Below, piece after piece: positions 1-7,474 of a DNA stretch of 32,569 bases. The notes under the pieces are model-generated. The model saw only the letters and a list, made by a program, of their open reading frames with translations, ran no database searches and was not told the DNA's origin. Where the stretch lies: the IMG/VR virus record IMGVR_UViG_3300032884_000029, positions 1 to 32,569 of that record. One strand, 5' to 3'. The translations under genes and the position numbers were made by a program. Source of the DNA: a virus. Taxonomy: Duplodnaviria; Caudoviricetes. How positions within the stretch are numbered: the stretch's first letter is position 1; the number at the start of each line of letters is the position of its first letter.

Positions 1-127
1 ACGGGCGCACGGGCGCACGGGCGGGCGGGCGCGCGCACGGGCGCAGGCGCGCGCGCGCGCGCGAGGCCACGCCACCCGCGCCACGCCAGCCAGCCACCCG
101 CCCCCACCCCCCCCGCGCGCGCCCGCG
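1..127. repeat. Extremely GC-rich low-complexity tract upstream of the terminase
   Basis: ACGGGCGC repeats (1-16, 37-44), 17-nt alternating GC run (47-63), C-runs at 97-114, and a 12-bp inverted repeat 25-36/115-126. Confidence 0.85.
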
Positions 128-185
128 CAGTACTAAGAAAATACACCCTCCCTCATCACAGTACTCCCAGGAATTAAAGATACCA

Positions 186-1904
186 ATGTCCAACATTAGC
201 ATAATCAGAAGCAAGTTCCTCGACGCAACTTCGACAGATGAGCAGGCCCGCGCTGACTTTAGATCCGCATTTTCAGAGGACTTTTCCCTATGGGTCCGCG
301 TCACAGGTTGGACTTACGCGCCCAAGGAGGTAGACCCCAGTGGTCGCGAAGTACCGTCTATGAAGCCGAATCGACCCTATGTCCTCTGGGATTGTCAGGA
401 TCGCGCATCGACGGAGATCATCACAGGCATAACGCAGGGTCGTGACGTGGTGATCCGCAAGAGCCGTGACATGGGCGCATCGTGGCTTTTGGCGGCGATC
501 TCCTGCTGGGGTTGGCTGTTCAAGGGTTGGCAAACGCTGTTGGTCAGCCGTGTGGAGGATGGTGTTGACCGACCTGGGGACCCTGACAGTCTATTTTGGA
601 AGGTGGATTACCTTCTGCAGTCGCAACCGTCATGGCTTTTGCCGCAGGACGCCTCGACTTTGTTGAAGCGTGGTGGCGACACTCGTCAGCACATGATGCT
701 TCGGAACCCTGTTTCTGGGGCGACGATCACGGGTCAGGCGAGTACTGCCCATGTTGGCCGTGGCGGTCGTCGCACGATGATTTTGTTTGACGAGTTTGCG
801 TCGATGGGGGATGCGGAGGCTGCTTGGCGGTCTGCTGCGGACGCGACGTCATGTCGAATTGCGGTAAGTACCCCCCTTGGAAGTGGTACTCACTATTCGA
901 CGCTTGTGCGTATGTCCCGTGTGCAGGGTGATCCGACGCTGGTGGAACTGTTGTACATGGATCACCCGTTGAAGGGTGCCAATGCAGAGACTCGCACGGA
1001 CGTGGACGGTCGGATTACGGGGGTATCGGGGTCGGAGTACATCTGGACTCCGTGGTTAGGAGAGCAGTCGAAGCGCCGCGACACTGTTGACATGGCTGAG
1101 AACGTGTTTGCTACGGAGGTTGGCTCTGGTTCCAACTTCTTCGTCCCATCGGTCGTGACATCTCACATGAATGAGTATGCAATGCCTGGAGAAAGGTGTT
1201 CTCTTCTCCGTGGCAAGTTCATTTCCGATGCGAACGGGCGTTGGCGGGTGTTCAGGCATGGCGACATCAACAGCGAGTACGTGATCTTTGCGGATCCATC
1301 TTACGGTACTGGCAGTGCGAATTCGGCTATTTGCGTAATGGACGCTGTCCGACGCGAGGTGGTGGCAGAATTTGCTGATCCGAACATTCCGCCTTACGAA
1401 TTGGCGAATGAGATGGTGGATTGTGCGATGACGGTGTACAGGGGGAGGCGAATTCCGTTGATTGGGTGGGAGGTAAACGGCCCTGGGGCGGCGATGCACC
1501 ATGATTTCATCCGAATTGGGTACACGGAGTTGTACCGCCAGCGGATGGTGGGTACTACGACGGAGCGGATGACGGTTCGGTACGGCTGGAACTCGAATCG
1601 CAGGTCAAAGCGGACGATTTTGTCGGTTCTTTCCCGTAGTTTGTCTCAGGGCGAGGTGTTTATCCCTAGCGAGGACACTTTGCGGGAGATGATGGACTAT
1701 GTGATCTTGGACGACGGGTCGATTGAGGCTGGTTCGGTACGAGATATTTCAAGCGGAGCGCGAGAATCTCACGGAGATCGTGTTATCGCCGTGGCTGGAG
1801 CGCTTATGCTGTGCGAAGAGGGAGTTGGCCCAGACCGTCTGGAGCCTTCTCTTCCGCAATCTGCTTTGGGCGTTGTCCTTAAGCATGGAGAGGTCATCAA
1901 ATGA
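186..1904 (+). CDS. terL: Terminase large subunit
   Basis: 572 aa. Terminase-type Walker A KSRDMGASW, Walker B MILFDEF, coupling motif STP, and RNase H-like nuclease motifs IFADPS, GWEVNG and HGDRV. Confidence 0.93.
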   Translation: MSNISIIRSKFLDATSTDEQARADFRSAFSEDFSLWVRVTGWTYAPKEVDPSGREVPSMKPNRPYVLWDCQDRASTEIITGITQGRDVVIRKSRDMGASWLLAAISCWGWLFKGWQTLLVSRVEDGVDRPGDPDSLFWKVDYLLQSQPSWLLPQDASTLLKRGGDTRQHMMLRNPVSGATITGQASTAHVGRGGRRTMILFDEFASMGDAEAAWRSAADATSCRIAVSTPLGSGTHYSTLVRMSRVQGDPTLVELLYMDHPLKGANAETRTDVDGRITGVSGSEYIWTPWLGEQSKRRDTVDMAENVFATEVGSGSNFFVPSVVTSHMNEYAMPGERCSLLRGKFISDANGRWRVFRHGDINSEYVIFADPSYGTGSANSAICVMDAVRREVVAEFADPNIPPYELANEMVDCAMTVYRGRRIPLIGWEVNGPGAAMHHDFIRIGYTELYRQRMVGTTTERMTVRYGWNSNRRSKRTILSVLSRSLSQGEVFIPSEDTLREMMDYVILDDGSIEAGSVRDISSGARESHGDRVIAVAGALMLCEEGVGPDRLEPSLPQSALGVVLKHGEVIK

Positions 1905-2014
1905 AGAAGAAGCCCACAAAGAAGCCTGCTGCCAAGAAGGCAATGAAGAGCGTGAATCCATTTGCCAATGCGAAGAAGGGCCAGAACCCGTTCGCAAAGA
2001 AGGGTGGCTGCTGA
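1901..2014 (+). CDS. Small Lys-rich peptide, 37 aa (MKKKPTKKPAAKKAMKSVNPFANAKKGQNPFAKKGGC)
   Basis: Translated by hand; not in the ORF track. ATGA overlap with the terL stop, GGAGAGG Shine-Dalgarno (SD) upstream, internal NPFA repeat. Confidence 0.7.
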   Translation: MKKKPTKKPAAKKAMKSVNPFANAKKGQNPFAKKGGC

Positions 2015-2067
2015 TGAAGTGCAAGAAATGCGGCAAGTCGAAGTGCAAGTGCAAGGGCAAGTGCTGA
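2014..2067 (+). CDS. 17-aa Cys/Lys peptide (MKCKKCGKSKCKCKGKC), metallothionein-like
   Basis: TGATG overlap with the previous small ORF; stops 8 nt before the HNH start; 5 Cys and 8 Lys. Confidence 0.55.
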   Translation: MKCKKCGKSKCKCKGKC

Positions 2068-2075
2068 GATAACTT

Positions 2076-2297
2076 ATGCCGCGTAACTACAAAAAAGAAT
2101 ACGCCAAGTTCCAGTCTTCGGATTCTTCCAAGAAGGACCGTGCATCTCGCAACAAGGCGAATCGACTCGCCAAGAGCGAGGGCCGTATTTCTAAGGGCGA
2201 CGGTAATGATGTGGACCATCGCAACGGCAACCCTCGCGACAATCGCAAGTCGAACACCCGTGTTGTGAGCAGGTCCACCAACAGGGCAAAGCATTGA
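2076..2297 (+). CDS. Small HNH endonuclease-like protein
   Basis: 73 aa with DVDHRNGNPRDNRKSNTR...NR, an HNH (HNN) signature, and a basic N-terminus. Confidence 0.8.
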   Translation: MPRNYKKEYAKFQSSDSSKKDRASRNKANRLAKSEGRISKGDGNDVDHRNGNPRDNRKSNTRVVSRSTNRAKH

Positions 2298-2488
2298 CCA
2301 AGAAGAAGACATGCACACTTCGCGTAGACATTGAATCTCACCGTCAGGTGAAGGTACTGTCCGAAGTTTTCTCAAACAAATTCGGTACCTACATATCGAT
2401 GGCCGATGTGCTTCGCATGGGCATATCGGTCTTACATATGCGTTTACAATCAAGTGTTGCAGAACAAGCAACGGGAGACAAGCAATGA
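2294..2488 (+). CDS. Ribbon-helix-helix DNA-binding protein (putative)
   Basis: TTG start overlapping the HNH stop. Alternating strand TCTLRV, helix DIESHRQVKVLSE, second helix ISMADVLRMGI. Confidence 0.55.
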   Translation: MTKKKTCTLRVDIESHRQVKVLSEVFSNKFGTYISMADVLRMGISVLHMRLQSSVAEQATGDKQ

Positions 2489-3198
2489 CGATGTTCACTA
2501 CCTTCACTGGCATGAATTCAATGCCTGATGTCTGTCTGTTCTCAGACTTCATCACTTCTACTGCGCCGTTTAATACAGCAGTAAGTTCTGCTCTTGGAGC
2601 CGCAACCGTAGACAACTCAAACTCCACTAACGTGCTAGGCAAAGCGCAGATTTCCATCGCAAGTGCAACGTCTGCTGGCGTGTTCCAATACGCTGGAATC
2701 TATATGGCTCCCGCTCAAACGGCTGCGGGAGCAGCACTGACGCGCAACTTTCGTCTGGGTAAAGGCGAAGTAGACATTTACGGATCGGGGATAACACTAG
2801 GCACCAGCGCTGCTGCTGGTCACATGACTTCATTCGGAGTTTCGACTGGAGATTATTCCACAGCGACAGTCCCTGCCACAGACTTTGCTGGATTCTTCGT
2901 GACTGGACCAAAGACCAATTGGTGTTACGGAGTGGTAATCAACTCAGTACTTACTTCGTTTGACACCACTCTTCCGAAAGTTCAACCGCAAAGTTTTCAG
3001 GTCATCATTTCCAAAAATGCAAGTAAAACCTCCTTCATTGCCAATGGAAAGGATCTTGGGTCAATAGACGCGCAGTTGCGCACAAGCGCCGCCGTTCTTC
3101 CCGCATTCGAGGTCAAAGACATTGTGTCTGGAGGATCAGGGTCTGCATTACCTTGTTCCATCGATCAACTGACCGTGCGCTTGAGGATTGAGCGATGA
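2485..3198 (+). CDS. Free-standing ConA/LamG-like beta-sandwich protein (putative virion appendage or receptor-binding domain)
   Basis: 237 aa, rich in Thr/Ser/Gly/Ala beta strands. FSDF at the start, SFQVII...TSFIANG, terminal CSIDQL; resembles the C-terminal domain of 9413..11248. Confidence 0.55.
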   Translation: MTMFTTFTGMNSMPDVCLFSDFITSTAPFNTAVSSALGAATVDNSNSTNVLGKAQISIASATSAGVFQYAGIYMAPAQTAAGAALTRNFRLGKGEVDIYGSGITLGTSAAAGHMTSFGVSTGDYSTATVPATDFAGFFVTGPKTNWCYGVVINSVLTSFDTTLPKVQPQSFQVIISKNASKTSFIANGKDLGSIDAQLRTSAAVLPAFEVKDIVSGGSGSALPCSIDQLTVRLRIER

Positions 3199-3980
3199 CT
3201 TCGTTCCACTCTCCTGTTGGCCCGCTGACATACGAGAACAGAATTGTCTATTCAGACTTCATCACTGATCTCGATGAGTGGGGTTGGATTTACAGCATTA
3301 ATCCAACAAACGCGCTTATGACCATAAGCAATACTTCGGTTGACGCACTTGGAGTTGTGACTATTGGATGCCTAGCAGCATCAACGGTCACATACGGAAG
3401 GTCTGGAATTTATTTAGCCCGAACTGCCCCTACTTCAATCGATAGGAATTATCTAAGTGCTAATAGTCCTATCAAAAAGAGGAACGTATTTCAGTGCAGG
3501 GTTAAATCAAATACCACATCACTTGGAGCAGAAGTTGTTCAGTATTGTGGTATGGGTCTTGTCCATAATGGAAAGACTCTCTACGACGGTAAAATCGCTA
3601 GGTTCGATAAGGGAATTGGGTTCCACAATAGAGGCGACGAACCATTTTGGGTATGCGCTATCTGGTGGGCAGGCGCTCCTCTGTTTGAACTGACGACAAC
3701 TATTCCAAAAAGTAATTGGAACACCTTGCGCTTAGAGTGGACTTGGCTAAATGAGACTCGCTCGCGTGTTCAAGTGGACTTTTTCATAAACCATTCTGAA
3801 GTAGCCAGCATCACTGTTGAGGCTCCAGAAGACTTTGCAACCATGATGCATAGCATAGAGGTAAGAGACAAGACTGGTTCTTCTGCCGCTTCTTCTGGTA
3901 GCGGTCGAACAGATCAAACAATTGACATTGACTACATGTACGCGGAAATTCCGTCGTACCGAAATGCGGCGCGCCCGTAG
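3195..3980 (+). CDS. Second free-standing ConA/LamG-like protein (paralog)
   Basis: 261 aa. YSDFIT at the start, WNTLRLEW...VDFFIN...VASI, terminal IDIDYM. ATGA coupling. Locally AT-rich (22/60 GC at 3421-3480). Confidence 0.55.
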   Translation: MTSFHSPVGPLTYENRIVYSDFITDLDEWGWIYSINPTNALMTISNTSVDALGVVTIGCLAASTVTYGRSGIYLARTAPTSIDRNYLSANSPIKKRNVFQCRVKSNTTSLGAEVVQYCGMGLVHNGKTLYDGKIARFDKGIGFHNRGDEPFWVCAIWWAGAPLFELTTTIPKSNWNTLRLEWTWLNETRSRVQVDFFINHSEVASITVEAPEDFATMMHSIEVRDKTGSSAASSGSGRTDQTIDIDYMYAEIPSYRNAARP

Positions 3981-4021
3981 GAAACACCATTCTGTAAGTC
4001 AAAATTTCTGAAAGATCAAAC

Positions 4022-4096
4022 ATGAAAAAGAAAACCGCCGTGGTGATGAAAGTCGATGTTGAATGGTGTCAATACCGTCATTACATGGAGCGTTGA
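4022..4096 (+). CDS. Putative 24-aa peptide (MKKKTAVVMKVDVEWCQYRHYMER)
   Basis: Translated by hand. Same GATCAAACATG start context as the 4302 gene; its stop abuts the ATG at 4097. Confidence 0.35.
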   Translation: MKKKTAVVMKVDVEWCQYRHYMER

Positions 4097-4312
4097 ATGC
4101 TGATTCCGATTTCAGAACAAGTATTTATCCCCATTCACTGTGTTGAGCGCATCTCCTTCTTCGGAAGTGGCGCCCTAGTGAAGTTGGTCGGATCTCGCGA
4201 CATCGAAAAGATTGGCGAAGAGGACGCAAAGCGGCTCAAGGATTTCATCACAAAGCAGTTTGCCACAACGGCTCCACTGCAAAACACAACGAGGATCAAA
4301 CATGCAGACTAG
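4097..4312 (+). CDS. Hypothetical protein, 71 aa
   Basis: GGAG SD upstream; beta-rich N-terminus followed by a helix; fits operon spacing. Confidence 0.65.
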   Translation: MLIPISEQVFIPIHCVERISFFGSGALVKLVGSRDIEKIGEEDAKRLKDFITKQFATTAPLQNTTRIKHAD

Positions 4313-4517
4313 CAACCAAGGTGGCGGTAAGGCCAGCAACCGATGGGGCGCGGGCGGAGGCAAGGACGGTGCTAAAGGCGGTGGATTTGGTGGCGCCCGT
4401 GGAGGAGGAAAGAAGTCTGGCGCTGGTGTTACTTCTGGCGCTCACGCAGGTGGCGCAAAGGGTGGCGCCAAGAGTGGTGGCAGCGGTGGTGGTTACGGTG
4501 GCGGCTTTCACAAGTGA
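4302..4517 (+). CDS. Gly/Lys-rich low-complexity protein, 71 aa
   Basis: Start reassigned to ATG 4302 (GAGGA SD); MQTSNQGGGKASNRWGAGGGK...GGGYGGGFHK. Confidence 0.7.
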   Translation: MQTSNQGGGKASNRWGAGGGKDGAKGGGFGGARGGGKKSGAGVTSGAHAGGAKGGAKSGGSGGGYGGGFHK

Positions 4518-4529
4518 CCAAGGATCAAT

Positions 4530-6305
4530 ATGCTCGATCTAACGTTCGATAAACTTCGCAGGGAAGTTGAAAGCGCGGAGAAGTTCCGTGATGTTCACCT
4601 TTCCAATCTTCGGAACATGATTGAGCGTTATCACGGTCCTGGATACCGTGAAGATCGAACCGATCCGTTTCTTGACGATCCAGAGAACTTCCACCATGAG
4701 TATCTGTCGCTGGTACTTCCTAGGATCATTCATGATTCTCCGAAGTTTCGTATCACCTGTGCAGATGCAATGATGGATATGGTGGTCGGTAAGCGAATGC
4801 AGATCGCGGTGAACCGATGGTGTCGAATCACCAAACTTCGGACAACGCTAGAGCGCATCGCTACCGACATGATCCTTTCGTATGGTGTTGCGTTGACGGT
4901 CAGCGAGCCTCGACCAGAGGCTCGCGAGATAGATGGGCGTGAGCCTTATCTTCCTCGTACCTATCGCATCTCCCCTGAACGGTTCTTCATTGATCCTGCT
5001 GCCAGCCATGTGGAGGACGCTCGTTATCTTGGACACTGCTATGCAGTAGACAAGAGCGATCTCCTGTTCAAGGCTGAAACAGACAGTTCATGGGACGTCG
5101 ATGCGATCATGGATATCCCTCCAGAAACCGACATGGACGAAGTCCGTGACGACCGTGGTCGGTTTATTGAGGACCGCCAAGAGATGTGCGTCTACGAAAT
5201 CTGGGTTCCAGAGATCGATGACGAGATCGCTGAGATCGTTGATCAGGTGTACGGCCAAGGCATGGTCAACGGAACCATCTACACGATGGTCAAGGGCAGG
5301 TCCAAATCGACCAAATACGATGGGTTTATCCGACGACCCATCCCATTCTTTGGCCCTCGAAATGGACCCTACACCGTGTTCGGCGTCTATACGGTGCCAG
5401 ATGACCCGTACCCGTTGTCACCACTTGTCGCTATCCAGTCGCAGATTGATGACCTCAACATGCACCTGTCAAGCGTCCGTATGAGCGCAGCCGCCTACAA
5501 GCGTCTCGTACTGGTAGACAGCCGAAACCACAAACTTGCCCAAGACATCAAGGACAAGCCTCACGATTTCATCGTGCTTTCCGAAAGTCTAGACAAAGAC
5601 AAGGTCATCAACCTAGAAATCGGCGGCATCACCCAGCAGCAGGTTCAGTATTCATCGATGGCCCAAGACCGACTTGATCGGGTTTCGGGTATCCATGACG
5701 CTATGCGCGGGAACATTTCTGGAGATGCGACTGCGACGGAGGTTGCGGTAGCCGAAAGTAGCGCTTCCATGCGAATGGCCCACCTCAAGCGCCAGTTCCA
5801 GGAAAGCGTTGACAACCTTGGGCGTTCGGTGGCGTGGTACATGTGGCACGACGACCGTGTCGTTATCCCTCTTGGCAAGGAGGGTGTAATCACCCTTCTT
5901 GAATCCAATCCAGTGTTTACTGGTGGCGTAGGTATGCCAGGATGGGAAGATCTTGAGGTTTCCGTCGATTCCTACAGCATGGAACGGGTGTCTGAAGTCA
6001 TGGTCCAGCGTCGGGCTATGGAACTCCTTCAGATCACCTCCAATGTCGCTCAGGGCATGGTTTCGATGCCTCACGTCAAGTGGAAGGAAATCCTTTCTAT
6101 TGTCGGAGACGCTTTGAACGTCCCCAATCTGTCAGAAATGATCGATTATGGAATGTTGCAACAGCAACAACAGCCCCAGCAACAGGGTGGACAGCAGCAA
6201 ATCCAAGACATGCCTTCTCAATCAAGGACCAACGCGATGGGTGAACCATCGCCAATCCCGTCTAGTTCCCGTTCGGGAATCAAGGGAGCAGTCAGTCAAC
6301 AATGA
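4530..6305 (+). CDS. Portal protein
   Basis: 591 aa between terminase and scaffold/capsid. RISPERFFIDP, VYEIW and TATEV motifs typical of podoviral portals; Gln-rich tail. Confidence 0.88.
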   Translation: MLDLTFDKLRREVESAEKFRDVHLSNLRNMIERYHGPGYREDRTDPFLDDPENFHHEYLSLVLPRIIHDSPKFRITCADAMMDMVVGKRMQIAVNRWCRITKLRTTLERIATDMILSYGVALTVSEPRPEAREIDGREPYLPRTYRISPERFFIDPAASHVEDARYLGHCYAVDKSDLLFKAETDSSWDVDAIMDIPPETDMDEVRDDRGRFIEDRQEMCVYEIWVPEIDDEIAEIVDQVYGQGMVNGTIYTMVKGRSKSTKYDGFIRRPIPFFGPRNGPYTVFGVYTVPDDPYPLSPLVAIQSQIDDLNMHLSSVRMSAAAYKRLVLVDSRNHKLAQDIKDKPHDFIVLSESLDKDKVINLEIGGITQQQVQYSSMAQDRLDRVSGIHDAMRGNISGDATATEVAVAESSASMRMAHLKRQFQESVDNLGRSVAWYMWHDDRVVIPLGKEGVITLLESNPVFTGGVGMPGWEDLEVSVDSYSMERVSEVMVQRRAMELLQITSNVAQGMVSMPHVKWKEILSIVGDALNVPNLSEMIDYGMLQQQQQPQQQGGQQQIQDMPSQSRTNAMGEPSPIPSSSRSGIKGAVSQQ

Positions 6306-6592
6306 TTTACGAATTTAAAGACGAATTAGATAATGTTGTCGAAATCAATATGCCGATGGCATCGGTTCCGTCAATTGGCTCTATTATCACACACAACGGT
6401 ATTCGTCTGACCCGCATATTCTCGAATGTGCAAATCGACGTAGCGTTAAACCGATCCCAGTACCCTTATGTCAGCAACTCGCTGCCTAGGAATCTGGAAG
6501 GTTGCAAGTCAACAGCGATTGGAAAGCCAATCGTTATGTCTAAGAAACATGAGCGCAACATCATGTCTCAGCATGGATTTGAGAAGGACTGA
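6302..6592 (+). CDS. Hypothetical protein, FmdB-like N-terminus without the zinc-binding Cys
   Basis: MIYEFKD...VEINMPM...LTRIFS follows the MPxYEYxC...RxxS pattern; ATGA overlap with portal. Confidence 0.5.
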   Translation: MIYEFKDELDNVVEINMPMASVPSIGSIITHNGIRLTRIFSNVQIDVALNRSQYPYVSNSLPRNLEGCKSTAIGKPIVMSKKHERNIMSQHGFEKD

Positions 6593-6593
6593 T

Positions 6594-7454
6594 ATGACAG
6601 AACCCGACATCAATCCACCACAGGCCGAAGAACTTATTCCGTTCAATCCTATAACGAAGGAATCGCTGAACAACAGCGGTAACCCATCAAACGAGGACGA
6701 GGTACTCGATAGGTTGTTTGGTAAGGACGAACCCGAATACGTTCGGGACGTTGAAGAAATTCCATCAGCACCAGACCTTGACCTAACAAAGGCCATCAAG
6801 GCGCTCAAGCGAGATGGGGTTCCATCGGATGTCATTGACGGAATGGCTTCTAATCCTTCCAAGTTGAAGGAATGGGGCCTCAAGTCCGCCAAACGACAAG
6901 CCGATGTTGATTCGTACAGCGAGAAGTTGAAGGCAGTCGATCCAAAGAAGCCAAACAAGTCTGATAACAATAAGACTGAAGATGGCGAAGACGATGACGG
7001 AGACGATGGTGATAAAGATCCATTGGCCTCGTTTGAGGAAATCTTTGGAGGAGATGCGGCAAAGCCGCTTCGCACACTGGCTGATCAACTTCGGGCTGAG
7101 TTCTCTGACCGTTCTCGAATCATGGAAGTGAAATACGAGACTCAGGGCGCCTATCTCAAATACGCGAATCAGTACGGGAAATCTGCACCTTCACTTGACG
7201 AGATCACTGAAGTTGCCGCGACTATCGGGCGCGAAAACCCTGGTAAGTTCAGTTCCGTAGAAGAGGTTGTCGCAGAAGCGTTCCTTCAGCGTGTAGGACA
7301 TCCAGTCAAGATCGACCCGCGTAATGCGGCTCGTCCGACTGTTGGCAAGGCTGCTCCTCGCGTGGTGCAAACCCGTGATCGAGAAGACGTTGTACTTGAT
7401 ATCCTGCTGTCTGGTGGAAGCAAATCCGACGCCCTCAAGGCCCTTTCACGCTAA
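6594..7454 (+). CDS. Capsid scaffolding protein (putative)
   Basis: Start reassigned to ATG 6594 (AAGGA SD). 286 aa, acidic and helical, with an EDGEDDDGDDGD tract; immediately before the capsid gene. Confidence 0.7.
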   Translation: MTEPDINPPQAEELIPFNPITKESLNNSGNPSNEDEVLDRLFGKDEPEYVRDVEEIPSAPDLDLTKAIKALKRDGVPSDVIDGMASNPSKLKEWGLKSAKRQADVDSYSEKLKAVDPKKPNKSDNNKTEDGEDDDGDDGDKDPLASFEEIFGGDAAKPLRTLADQLRAEFSDRSRIMEVKYETQGAYLKYANQYGKSAPSLDEITEVAATIGRENPGKFSSVEEVVAEAFLQRVGHPVKIDPRNAARPTVGKAAPRVVQTRDREDVVLDILLSGGSKSDALKALSR

Positions 7455-7474
7455 CAACATAAGGATGGCATCCC

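Noticed and set aside
1723-2067. 114-aa ORF overlapping the terL 3' end
   Set aside because: Only the last 17 codons (from ATG 2014) look genuine; the rest overlaps terL and the Lys-rich small ORF out of frame.
1749-2657. 302-aa ORF on the minus strand
   Set aside because: Antisense shadow across several coupled + strand genes; no recognisable motif.
2485-3980. Invertase-driven shufflon for the lectin domains
   Set aside because: All copies are in direct orientation and no serine or tyrosine recombinase is visible; kept only as a homologous-exchange hypothesis.
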